Below, in pieces: positions 50,901-64,000 of a stretch of 64,000 nt of DNA; within the stretch, counting starts at the first letter, position 1, and the number at the start of each line of letters is the position of its first letter. Source of the DNA: Microthyrium microscopicum (Eukaryota); the NCBI GenBank assembly GCA_010405405.1, contig MU004245.1, forward strand, positions 499,256 to 563,255. Reading direction: 5' to 3'. The position numbers were made by a program, and so were the translations under genes. The notes beneath the pieces were generated by a model. The model worked only from the letters and a program-made list of their open reading frames with translations, made no database searches and was not told the DNA's origin.

Positions 50901-53900
50901 TAAAATAAGGCTACTACTTAAAGATTAATATCTTTATAGATACTAAGAGTAGAGTAATAAGAATTATTTACCCTAACTTTATTAAATAATATAGGATCCT
51001 TACTATTAATCTCTCTACCCCCTAAATTATATAATTAGCTAATAATAAGACTATTATAAAAGTTAATAAAGCTACTATAATTAATATCTATTTAGAAAGA
51101 TATATTAAATAAATCTACTACTTTATTATAGATATAGCTAGCTATAATATTATCCTTAGCAACCTATAGATTAACCTCTATAAGGTTACCTTTAAAGAAG
51201 AAAAGAAGTAAATCCTTTTTAATTTAGACTACTACTTAGTATATTACTTACTAGCTAGTTACCTAATCTCTATAGATTACAAAAGCTATTTAGTTAACTT
51301 AATAGACCCTTACTTTAAGAATGTTATTATAGTTAGCGCTACTACCTTTATTAAACTACTAGAATAAGGCTAGTAATTTAGCAAAATCTAGCCTAACGAT
51401 TTTAAAGATAAAAAAGATAAGAAACCTCTAAATCTAGATTCTATACTAAAAGAAGATATTATTATTAACTTAAGCAAAATCTTACCTAAAGACTTTAAAA
51501 AATAGCGAAAGAAATATAATAAACTTTCTTTCTTATAAGAAGAGATTCTTAAACGCTTACTAAAAGAATATTATTATTATATAGATATCTTTAACCTAAA
51601 ATTAGGTAATAAACTTATACTATATTATAGTGAATAGGATTACTCTATTAACATTATCCTAGACGCTATAATCCCTAAACGCTACTATAATAGCCTAAGT
51701 TACTAAGAATCCTTTATTATTAAATAATATATTAATTAGATACTTAGTTAAGATTAAGTTTAAGCTAGTAAATTATATTATGCTATACTAATACTATATA
51801 TATATAAACTAAGAGAAAGAATTTAAATTTATATTAATTACTATAGACTTAATAAGATTATATAAAAGAATTATAATGTTCTTTTATAATTACTAAAAAT
51901 ACTTACCTATATCTACTATATAAAATACTTCTCTAAATTTAACGTTATTGCTACTTTTACTTATATCTATATTAAACCTAGCAATAAATATAAAACTATA
52001 TTCTTAACTTACTATAGATTATATAAATTTAAAGTTATACTTTTTAGCCTTACTAGAGCCCTAAGAACCTTTTAGGCTTATTTTAACTATATCTTAATTA
52101 ATTACCTAGATAACTTTATTATAGACTATATAGATAATCTATTAATCTTTAGTAATACTAAAGCTAGCTATACTACTTATACCTACTTAGTCTTAAAAGT
52201 AATAGGTAAAGTAAGATTATACTTAGATATCTAGAAGTATAAATTTAATACTTAATAAGTTAAATACCTTAGCCTAATTATTACTACTAAAGGCATTAAG
52301 ATAGACTTAGAAAAGGTTTAAAGCGTAGTTAACTAGCAACGTCTCTCTTTAGTAAAAGACGTTTAAGCTTTTCTTAACTTTACTAACTTCTATTACTAAT
52401 TTATTCTTAAATATTTAAAAACTATAGCACTACTAATAGTACTTATAAAGAAAGACGCTATAGCAATCTTTCCTTAAGACCTTAATAGGCTAAAGGAACG
52501 TACGTTTAAGAAGCTAAAGTAAGACTTTACGTCTACTAAGATATTATATTACTTTAACTATATAAAAGAAATATAACTAGAGATAGACGCCTTAGATTAG
52601 GTTTATACTATAGTCTTTTCTTAAAAAGGTAATAATAGAAAGCTTTACTTAGTTATATACTTCTTAAAGAAAATAATCCTAGCTAAATATAATTATAATA
52701 TTTATAATAAAGAGCTTCTAGCTATTATCTATATATTTAAAGAATAAGAACTAGAGCTATTTAGCTCTATTAACTCTATTTAAGTATTCTTTAATTACTA
52801 TAACCTTTAGACGTTTATAATAATAAAATATCTCTCTTAATAATAAGCTAAATAGGCTAAGTTCCTTTTCTAGTTTTATTTTAAGATAAAGTACTACCTA
52901 AGTATAGCTAATAAAAAGGTAGATACTTTTACTTATTAGTTATAAAATATTCTATAAAGTAATAACAATCCTTACGTCTCTTAATAAGTCTACTCTTTAT
53001 TATTCTTATACTAATTTAATATAAAGTACGTAGTAAAGCTAGCTATATTACTTATTAAACCTACTTATCTCTTAATACTATACTTAGCTACTATTACCTA
53101 AAATAAGTTAAATATTTCTAATCTTATAAGTAAGCTACTTAATCCTATAGGAGAGTCTCTTAGTAATAATAAGACGCTTAAGAGTAAGCTACTTAATTCT
53201 TTAAGAGATAATCTATCCCTAGATTTTAATAGTAACTAGTTCTTATAGAATATTATAAATATAATAGAGCATAACTAAATAATAATTATTATTTACTATG
53301 CTAAAACTAACTATTAGCTCTTCTTACCTTTTAGCACTCTAGAATGAGAGTAAATTAAGCTTAGGAACTATATAATAGCTACTAATAAAATAATCTTCTA
53401 CTATAACTAAATCTTTATCCCTTAAGGCAAACTTTAGTATTACGCTATATAGAATACGTATAGCTATAAAGCTATAAACTATAGCAAAGTAGCAATAATT
53501 TATTACTACTTATAAAAAGATTACTAATAGCCTAAGATATTACAAAACGTTAAGAACTTTATTAAAGGCTATAAATATATATTTACTAAACCTATTTACT
53601 AAAAAAAGTAAAGTTTCTTATACTAATTCTTTCTTTCTAAACGTATGTAGTCTAATATTTCTATTAACTTTACTATCTTACTACCTTGCTATTTATACTA
53701 AAGCATAATCTACTAATACATTATAATAGTTATTAATTAATATATATAAACCTAACGCTTTATTCTACTACTAGACCTATCTATAGACTTAATAATACTA
53801 GCCTTTATTAACTATATATAAAAGCTTATTAACTAGCTATTAATAATTCTTTTAGATTATAATAGCTAATTTACTTCTATATTCTAGAAGCGCTTATATA

Positions 53901-55061
53901 AATATATCAGCATAATACTCTATCTTAGTATAATATTTTACCCTAAAACTAATAATATAACAAAAATCTTAGTTACTATACTTAAGTAGTTCTTACGTGT
54001 ATTTATTAACTAGGATTAAGATAACTAGGTAGCTTTTCTACCCTTTACTAAATTTATAGTTAATTCTACTATAAATACTACTATAAGAGTTATACCTTTT
54101 AAAGCTTAAAATAGATTTAACCCTTAATTAGGCCTTAAGTCCTTATATTGCCTCCTAAAACCTATAAATGCCTCTATAGCTACTAATAAGGAAGCTATTA
54201 ATATAGATATAATATAGAAGGATTATACTAAAATATATAATTATTTAATAGAGTAATTAATCTAAGCATAAGCTTAGTAGATAGAATATACTAACTACTA
54301 CTACTATATAGCTCTAAACCTATTACTAGGCAACTAGGTTTACTTAGATATATAGAACTATCCTACTTTGCGTCCTTTAAAGACTCTAAATAATAAGAAT
54401 ATAAGCCCCTTCTATATAATTAAGAAGATTAATACTATTATCTATAAACTTAATCTCTCTACTTTTATAAAGATATATAATATCTTCTATACCTAGGTCC
54501 TTTACTACATTATAGATAATACTAAGCTACTTAAATACACTAATCTATTACTAGTAGTTATTAGAAAAACTATAGATAATAATAAATAGTCTATTAACGC
54601 TATTATTAATAGCTACTTTGCTAGTTAATATAAGAAGCTATAATATAAGATTAAGTATACTAGTTATAATAAAGCTAAATAGTATAATTAAATAGCTACT
54701 AAGAATGTACTAAAGCTTATTACTAAGTTTTATACTTAGTACCTTAGTAAGCTAGGCTTATATCCTACCTAGATACTACTAATATTAAAACCTACTAGCA
54801 ATAGTATTAATTATAACTCTAATAGCGTTCTTACTAATTAGGAAGCATAAATAATTATACTACTAATTCCTTTATATTAATAGGATTACTAACTACTAGA
54901 CTACTAAGACTTAAGAACCAAAGTATTCTAAGGACATTTTAAAGTTTATTAATACTTCTTAATAGTTGCCTTAGTAGGCTAGAGGTTAAGATACTCTAAA
55001 TGACTAGTAATTAGTATTATACTATAAAAGGATTAAAATATCATTTATTACTAAAAGTTTA

Positions 55062-55124
55062 TTAGACTAGACTAAACTAGACTAGACTAGACCAAACTAG
55101 ACTAGATTAGAATAGAATAGATTA
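55062..55124. repeat. Degenerate (ACTAG)n pentamer microsatellite in the 3' untranslated part of element A
   Basis: agactagactaaactagactagactagaccaaactagactagattagaatagaatagattag. Confidence 0.7.
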
Positions 55125-55183
55125 GGAAAGTAGATATAATTAGTAGTCTATAGCCTAGAAAACTATACTAAAGGGGAGGGTTA

Positions 55184-55410
55184 TATAATAATTCCTCTTT
55201 ATAAGCTTTATAACAATATTATAAGAAAGATCTTATTATAAGATCATACGCTAGACCTAAGGGAGTTAGCGCGCCTAAGGATCTACTAAGTAGACTTACT
55301 TCCTTCGTAGATCTGTAGCTCTTCTAGATCTTCTTCTCTCTCTCTCCTATTCGTAGATTCTAGAATATAATCTAATTATCTGCTTACTCTAAGTTCCGTA
55401 GCTCGTTATA
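55184..55410 (+). repeat. 3' LTR of element A
   Basis: Follows the polypurine tract; direct repeat of 47759-47985. Confidence 0.9.
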
Positions 55411-58400
55411 TTTACTACTTAATAATATACTTAATTTATCTATCTTATAATTACGTATAATTATTACTAGTTATAAATAAGCCTTATAATAACTAAATAG
55501 GTTAACTAGCAAAATTTATATATAATTAAATAAGAATATATAATAGATTATAGTAGTTTATACTAAACTCTAAGTTTAAATTAATAGCTAAAATAAATAG
55601 CTTACTAATATCTATACTAGTAGTAAGATTCTTATATAATAAGTAAATAATATTACTTATAAAATACTAACCTAGTAATAGTAATAGAAATAGGAATAAC
55701 TCTAAAGGAAATTTATAATACTTAGTATAACTTTTTCTTTAATATTAGCTATACTCTTTATTAGAAAAACCTTTAATTATAGCTATTATCCTTCTCTAAT
55801 TCTATAAGCTAATTCTCTTTAGACTTTAATTATAATAGCTAAACTAGTAGCTTCTTCTCTACCTCCTCTAATAAATCTTTTAGCTACCTAATATAAGCTA
55901 CTTTAACTACTATTATAAAACCTCTAACTAGCTCTCTTAAACCTAGAATAATACTTATATAAGGACTTAATCCTTTATCTTAATTTTTACTAAATAATTA
56001 AAGTAAAATTATATATTAATAGATAGATTTATATAGATAATTATGCCTAAATTTACTATATATTTAGCTAGCTTATAAAAGACGCTACCTAATAAATTCT
56101 TCCTTAGATCTAGAATCCTATTAGCTATAATATTATAAGTTTTAGTAAGTTTATAGAATAGATAAATCTTCTCTTTTATAACTTATATAAAGAAATAAGA
56201 GCTTTAGTAAACCTTTAAGAGATTTAGTAAGAAAGTAAAGAATAAAGAATCTTTTAGGCTAAGTTTTAGTAGTATCTTATCTATATTAAAGTATAATTTT
56301 AGGCTACCTTTATCTAAATATAGTTCTTAGAAAATACTATAGATTCTAGTCTTAAAATAGCTCTAATTACTTATTCCTAGCTTAATAACTTAGATACCTT
56401 TACTTAAGAGGCTTTAAAAACCTAGGATTAAATAGTTTAAGCCTATATAAGCTATTATAGCCTAAGAAGCCTAAGTACTAAAATAAGTACTTAGTAAACT
56501 TAGCTATTTAAGAATTAGGACCTAAACGTAATAAAAGGTATTTAGGTTAGAGCTAGCTAAGCCTAGTATAATTACTATAAGTAAAATAACCTTTATTTTT
56601 ACTATAGCTTAGCTAATTATAGAATTTAGGACTATAAATAAGTACTCTAAGTATTATCTAGAAATTAGAATTCCTCCTATAGCTAGGTTAGCTATAAATA
56701 TAGATAAGGTAAAGAAGGCTCTATTAGAAATAAATATCTATAGAATAATATTAGTAAATTCTAAGCTAGTATTATTAATACTCTAGATACTTCTTAGGAT
56801 AGTTAGCTAATAAGAACTACTACTACTTAGCTAAGAAATAATAATCCTTATAATAATTTATATAACGTTATTAATATAGAATTAGAAAACTAGTAAGCTT
56901 AAATTAAAGATATAATACTAAGCTAGAAAATTATAAAAATATTATTTCAAAATAGCGTTAGAAGTTCTTTATTTAGAATATAGTTATAGAGCCCTTTTTA
57001 ATACTTTTAATAGTAAATTAACTTTCTTTATATATAGGCTTTATTAATAGTAGCTACTTAACTTATTCCTTTATAAATCTTTACTTTACTTAAAGATATA
57101 AACTTAAATATATACTACTACCTTAAGTAATTTTTATTAAAGGAATAAATAATAAGGCTAAAAAAATCTATAAGATAGTAATTATAAAGATTAATATTAA
57201 AGGCTATAAAGAAACTATTTAAGCCTTTATAGTAAAAGAAACCTTAGGCTATAATATAATCTTTAGCCTACTTTAAATAAAGAAATATAATATTATTCTC
57301 TATATAAAACTTAAGAAGTTAGTCTTTAATAAAATAGATTATATAGTTATAAGTCTAAAGACTCTTTAGAAGAAATATAACTATATAATAATTAGGACTA
57401 TAGTATTTAAGATACTTACTTAATAAGTTAGAAAGTAGGTAAAATAGTCTTAAGAAGGCTTAATACTAATTATATAAGTCTTTACTATAAGTCTTTATAA
57501 TCTATAGAAAGCCCTTACTTCTAAGAAGTATATTAATCTTTATAGAAAGCTTTTTAAATAGTATTTAGATTACCTTAACCTCTTTTAAAAAGAGCTAGCT
57601 AATAAATAGCTACTTATTTAAGGGCCTTCTATAGACTATAAGATTAACTTAATCCTAAATACTAATAAAAAGAAACCTTAGCTACCTTAGTAGATATTAT
57701 ACTCTATAAATTAAGATAAGTTACGAGTCCTTAGAAGAATCCTTAATAATCTACTAGAAAGTAGATTTATTTAAGTAAGTAACTTATCTACTAAAGTACT
57801 AATTCTCTTTATTTATAAAGTAAATAAATTAATTTTATTTTATTATAACTACTACGCGTTAAATAAGTTAATTATAAAGAACTATTACTCCTTACTACTT
57901 ATTTATAAGATACTAAATACTTTAGAAAAGGTATAATAGTTTACTAAACTAGACATATCTTAAGTATTCTATAAAATTTAAATATATAAGAATAATAAAT
58001 AGAAGATAGCTTTTTAGATATAATATAGCTTATTTAAATAGATAATAATATTATTTAGGTTATTAAATACTTTAAGTAGTACTTTTTAGAAGTTTATTAA
58101 TTTTGCTTTTTAGGATATCTTAAATAACTACGTTTTTATATACTTAAATAACGTCTTAATCTTTAGCTTAGGTACTAAGAAGTAATATAAAACTTACGTT
58201 TATAAAGTCTTTAAGTAGCTATAAAAAGTAGAACTCTACTTTAATATCTAAAAGTATAAATTTATAACTACTTAAATAATATACCTAGGTTATATTATTA
58301 AGGTTAGATAAAGAATCTTAATAGACTTAGCTAAAGTTAAAGTAATTTAAGAATAAAAGGCTCTTAAGAACGTTTATAGAGTTTAAGCTTTCTTTAGTTT

Positions 58401-61400
58401 TATTAATTTCTATTATAGGTTTATACTAAACTTTTAAATAATTATAAAACCTCTTATTTAACTTACTTAGAAGAATATTCTCTTCTTATTTAAAAACTTA
58501 AAGAGAACTATATTTAAGGAGCTAAAATAGCTTTTTATTACTAACTAGATACTAGCCTTATTTAACTATAATAAAGAGACTTTTATCTATACTAACTCCT
58601 TTAGTTACTTTTTAAGAACTATACTAGTATAAAAGAATAAGATAAATAAGTTTTAACTAGTAGCCTATTTCTTTAAAAAGTATAACTTTACTTAAAGTAA
58701 TTACTTAATCTATAATAAAGAGATATTTATAATTATACTTACTCTAGAAGAATAAGACTTAAAGCTATAAGTAATAGAGAAGTTTAAAGTAATATCTAAT
58801 TATAAGAACTTAGAGTATTTTATAAAACTATAGAAGCTTATAAAAAAGTACGTCTAATAGTTTATTAAACTTATAAAGTATAATATAATAATTAAGTACT
58901 ATTTAGGCTTATAAAATAGTATAGTAGATAGTTTCTCTTATTATAAATAAAATATACCTTAAAATATAGCTAATAAAAGGATCTAGGCTAGAACTTTCTA
59001 ACTACTTTATACCTAAAAAAATTAATTACTTAAATTACTATAAGCCTTACCTATTTATATTACTACTCTTTTTATAGTAATTAAAGATAAATTAGTAAAG
59101 ACTCTACTAGCTAATAAAGCTTTAATTCCTAGCTTACTACTACTAATATTAAATATTTCTAAACTATTAGTAACTTAGTAAGATAAGGTAGTATAAGCTA
59201 ATAATATATATTAAGTAGCTTATTAAATAATTAAAGCTAGTAAATAAAAGTTTCTTTTATTAATTATAGGTATTAAAATCTTTATTCTTAACTACTTAAT
59301 TAATAATAAAGATTACTTTTACTAGAAAGGATAACTATAAATTTTAAACCTAGAACCTCTATAAATAGTAATACTATAAGTAGCTTATATATCTTTAACT
59401 TAAGGCTATCTTAGCTATAAAGGAACTTATTAAGCTCTATAGCTATACTTTTTTTAGCTTAGAATTATAACTAATATAAAATATTTTATAAAAAATTATA
59501 GTATATATAGCTAATTAAAGGTTAGTTATAAGCAAAAAAGAGGCTTTCTAAAGCCTTTACTTATCTTAAGCTAATAATAATAAGAACTATTTATAGATTT
59601 TATAATAAACCTTTCTTTATTAAATAGATATATAATCTTAATAGTTATTACTAATTAGCTAAGTAAAGAAGTAATCTTAATTCTTTTTACTTAAAAAGAA
59701 GCTAAAGACGTTATAACTATTTTCTTATAACGTGTCTATTTCCTTTATAGTATCCTTAACGTAATTATTTATAATTATAACCTAGTATTTATAAAAGACT
59801 TTTAAATAAGGTTCTATATACTACTATAAATAAAGCTATAGCTATTAACTATATTTTACTCTTAGATAAATAGCTCTATAGAATAGTAAAACTTAGATAT
59901 TAAAGCTAAAGTATAAATATATATAAATTATATATAATTAAATTAGTTTTTACTAATACTAATACTTTAACTTATACTTAACTTATAACGCTTATTTATA
60001 ATAAAACTCTTACTCTTCTTTTTATTCTATAGTTTTAAAAACTCTACCTTCTTAGATTTTTTTAAGTAAGCTTCCTTATCTAAATAGAAGAATACTTTAA
60101 AAAAAAGAAGAGAAGAAGCTACTTATATAATTTTAAAAGCTACGAAATAGGCTTAAGATATTATAACTCTTACTTAAGAAAAAATATAAGAATAAGCTAA
60201 CTAAATAAGAATCTAAACGCCTAAGTATAAAGTTAGTAATTAGGTCTAGCTAGACCTAAAGAATACTAAGACTAAATAAGTAAAGAAAAAGTTTAATTAT
60301 TATTACTCTAAGTTCTAAGTTATAAAGGTAGTAAGCTTATATATAATTATATTAAATATATTATAAAGAACTAAGAAATTCTACGTTAACCTACTTAGAT
60401 TAGTAATAAATAACTTATTCTTAAGTTAAGACGTTAATAATTCTTATTTACTACTAATCTTAGTTAAAGACTTAGATAAAGAAGAATAAGAGGAGTAGCT
60501 AGTAAAGAAGATTATAGCTAAAAAATATAAAAAAATAATAAAGGGCAAACTCTATATAGTTTATATTATTAAATAAATAGATTATTTAAATATAATAAAA
60601 GAACTAATTAACTTTATTAAATAGTTAAAAGTCTATATAAAGTAGATAGAGAAGATAAAGTATATATAAGATAATTATAAAAGATTAATACTAAACTAGT
60701 TTATTCTTTAAGTATAACTAAGATTAAAAACTAGCCTTTTTATTATAATAATTAACTTTATAAAGATATAATTAGAGGTATTATTTATAATCTATATATA
60801 GAAATACTTTTTTTTTATTTATATTAAGACCTTCTTTCTTATTAAATAAAACTAGAAAATTATAAAAATATAAGAAAACTAAAGAAATAAGATATACTTA
60901 ATAAACCTTTACTATTAAGGAAGAAAAACCTAAGTAGTACTTTAAGGCATAGGAGAACTAAAGTAGATAATTAATAGTAGAGAATTCTTATTCTTCTTAG
61001 TAACCTCCTTCTTATTATTATAAGAATACTTCTTAGCTAAGCTAATATTATTATTATAGACGTAGTTTAAATATATATTATTATAAAATCCTAAAAGCTA
61101 AATATAACCTATATATTATAGCTAATTCTTTAAATTAAAATAGCTAATATAATAAGTATAACGCTACTCTTTATAAGTCTTATTCTACTTATTTTTAGTA
61201 GAGAATTATAAGATACCTATATAATAAATACCTAAGGCTTTAAGATAACTAGCTTAGCTACTAGTTAACTAAATTATATTAAGGAAGCTCTAATAAATTA
61301 TAATACTATAAACGTTAGGCTACGAATTATTAGTAAACCTCTTAAAAGAGGCATTTAATAAGTTAAGACGCTTATTAAAAGAGTTAGAAGAATAATTAGC

Positions 61401-61926
61401 TATAATATAAAGGGCCTTACTCTATAAATATATTAGTATAAATTAAGAAAGGCTAAAGAAGTACGTATAGTCTAGTTAATATAAAGTGCCTTAAATAAAG
61501 TATAGTTTTATAGATTATAGTAGTTAATAACTATATATACTTTTTTATATTAAAGAGTAGTTAGTAAATAAGGATAAGGGTTATAAATAATATTATTCTA
61601 GTAACGAAGTAGAACTTAGTTAAGAAGGCAAAGACCCTTATTTATATTATTTTAGTAGACCTTATATATAGCTACCTTATGCATAGTAAGTAGATAAAGT
61701 AGAGAAGTATTATAGTTAATAATAAATATATAAGTAGAAGTAATAGCAATAAGGATATAACTATTAAAGCTAATAGTATTATTAAAAGTATTAATAATTA
61801 GGGTAGCTATCTCTATATAGTTAGTAAGGTTATAGCTATTATAACGAATAACTTACTTAATTAATTAATTAGGTAAGGAAGAAGAAACTTAATAAGAACT
61901 AATTAAAAAAGAAGAAGCTTATTTAA

Positions 61927-64000
61927 TGTTAGGGACCTACGAGCACAAGGGTGTAAGCTAACGGTAGATATAATTCAAGAAAACTAATACGAAGAATCTA
62001 AGAGAGAGAGTAGGAAACGGTCATAGGTAAGCTACACTAGATAATCCTTAGGCGCTAAGCCCTTAGCATTACGTAACAAGGAATACTAATAATGTTATAA
62101 TAGGATTAATAGTAGTAGATTTATAACAATACTCCCCCCTCCAAAATTAGCGCTCCTAAGCTAAAAACTTATAAAAGGATAAGATCTATAATTAAGTCGT
62201 ATAGTTTTATAATTCTAACGCTTTTAAGGTATAAAACATAAAATATAAAAAGTAAAGATAATATTCTTTCTTTATATATAATTACTACACGTACCTATTT
62301 CTTATGCTACCCTCTAGCCTACTAAAGTAACTATTAAGAAGTATTAATAAACCTTAAGATATCTTTAGAATACTCTAATTTATAGACTAAGTATTAAGGT
62401 ACGCGTAGTAGTATCCTTTACTATTCTAGGGGAAGTCTATCTAAATTATACTCCTCTTCTTTCTTCTTTTAAGGATCTATAAACGTAGGATATAGCTCTA
62501 GTTTATTAGGGTTCTAGTCGTAGTACTTAGCAACAAGTTCTAAATAAAAGTTAAGATCTAACTATAGTTACTAATTAGGGTCATAGTTCTAGTCGTCTTA
62601 TTTTATAAACTAGACTTTATACTATAAAACCTTCTTCTTACTAAAGCCTTTTATAATGCCTATTTTGCTATTAATAACGTAATTAACTACTTACTCCTGT
62701 TCTATATTATTATCTATATTTATAATTATAGGGAAGTTATCTAGTTCTTAAAGTATAGTAGTATATTTAAGAATAAGGTAAAGTAACTAAGTATAGAAGA
62801 TAGGGTAAATCTTTATCTTCTTTAGTAGTTCTAGCTTATAAGTAAGGGTGTTAATCTTCTTAATAATCTTAAAGAGTCCTATAGATTTATTATTAAGGAA
62901 TTTTAATAGTTAGAGAGATTTATAATAACAAGCGTTAAGGCGTACTTAATCGCCTAGTTTAAGGTCTAGTGCTAATTAATAAGTCTTATTAGCCTACTCT
63001 TCTATAAGAATAGTAGACTATAAAATCTATTCTTAAAAATACTTACAAAGGTTAGTATAAGTATAAAGATATTAATTAATAAGTTGTTATTTAGTTTAGG
63101 TTAGCTTAGTTCCTAAGCAAGCCTTTAGAGGCATTAGTTCTAATCCTAATTAAGAAAGATAACTATTAAGTACGTAGAAGGGACTTATCTTAGTAGAGAC
63201 GTAGATGGCGTAGTTAGCTTTAAACTTAGTAAATAGTAGTAGTCCTACCTAGTCGTTTTATTACTAGTTAATAAAGCATCTAAGGTAAGCTTTTAGTACT
63301 ATAACTAATATTTCTATAATGCTATTACCCTATAGGTACTAAGTAGTAGTTAGGCGAATAATAATATTAATACGTTTGTAAAGACGTTACTAAAATGTAG
63401 ACGTGAATTATGAACTATAGTTAGAGAAGATAAAGTTAGGCTATTTAGTATATTTTTAGATTTAGTTAAGGAACGCAAGAACTATTATCTATATACTTAA
63501 GTTAAGAAGGAGTATAAATTATTAGGTACGTATTAGCCTATCTATAATGACTATAACATAATAGTAGATAGTTCTAAAGTAAATATAGAGCAGTAGAGCA
63601 ACTATAAAGTTAATAGAGATATTAGACTAGGTATAGTTAGGCGATAGGAACGACTAAAGAAGACCCTACTTCTTTTATTTAACTAGCTTAGAGAACGCGC
63701 ACTTATATACTTTTATATAGTACTTTACGTCTTTAGCTATATAGAGCTAATAGTAGAATTAATAGAGGCGCTAGTATATAGAAGCTATACTACTATAACT
63801 TATTATCTTATAATTATGCATATATTTAATAGCGTAATATTAAAGACGTCTTATAGGAATAAGAAGTTATTATCTATACTAAATAGTGCTATTAGTAAGT
63901 ACTTAGCAATTACTAAGTTTAATTAGATCTTTTTCTAGGGTGCTATATAGTAGGTAATATAATTATATAGCTTTAGAGTCGTAGATTACTTAGACAAGCT
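61927..64000 (-). mobile_element. 3' part of RIP-degraded Ty3/Gypsy element C on the minus strand, running off the window
   Basis: 202-bp LTR TGTT..AACA at 61927-62128. Adjacent minus-strand polypurine tract GGAGGGGGGAGTAT. Integrase/chromodomain-like remnants beyond. The LTR shares blocks such as TTAGCG..C[C/T]AAGGAT with LTR A. Confidence 0.75.

Larger units (their letters stand above)
47759..55410 (+). mobile_element. Full-length RIP-degraded Ty3/Gypsy (chromovirus-like) retrotransposon A, 7652 bp
   Basis: Two 227-bp LTRs (47759-47985, 55184-55410). 5-bp target duplication TTTAC (47754-58, 55411-15). Polypurine tract AAGGGGAGGG before the 3' LTR. RT motif YIDNLLIF at 52127, RNase H EIDALD at ~52580 (from ETDASD), integrase after RNase H. 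Confidence 0.92.
47335..60900 (+). mobile_element. RIP-degraded Ty3/Gypsy retrotransposon B (outer element, interrupted by element A); boundaries approximate
   Basis: Decayed CCHC knuckle at ~56590 (LYFYYSLANYRI*DY, from LCFYCG..HRI.DC). RT motif YLNNVLIF at 58141 (from YLDD). RNase H and integrase remnants to ~60000. Possible 5' LTR at 47335-47496; matching 3' LTR not found. Confidence 0.65.
42254..64000. other. AT-rich RIP-affected compartment
   Basis: Abrupt loss of GC, excess of TpA, depletion of CpA/TpG, and almost no ORFs in the six-frame track. Confidence 0.93.

Noticed and set aside
60900..61926. RIP-degraded segment between elements B and C
   Set aside because: Clearly repeat-derived but unclassifiable; no LTR matching 47335-47496 was found.

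Overview
Filamentous ascomycete (Pezizomycotina) genomic DNA, judged from short GT-AG introns with CTAAC/CTGAC-type branch points and a strong RIP signature; the species cannot be determined from the sequence. The window has two parts. Bases 1 to ~42250 are GC-balanced and gene-dense, with about 20 intron-containing genes. These include a head-to-head pair of an atypical HSPA12-like Hsp70 and a Myb/coiled-coil protein with a GrpE/MIEAP-like C-terminus, a Raf2/DIM-7-like RFTS protein, EBP2, HSBP1, a Kre1-like protein, an array of five divergent BTB genes with C-terminal CxxC..CxxC motifs, PCM1, a Whi5/Stb1-like protein, BUD20, ACO1, a Ras-like GTPase, a secreted protein, a RING protein and an F-box/LRR gene that looks basidiomycete-derived. 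Bases ~42250 to 64000 are an AT-rich, RIP-degraded transposon block: a Fot1/pogo element, a MITE and the left end of a larger relative, and at least three Ty3/Gypsy elements with one clearly nested. A small island in that block holds a RING pseudogene. Exon boundaries were derived by eye, and family calls rest on motif recognition, not database searches.
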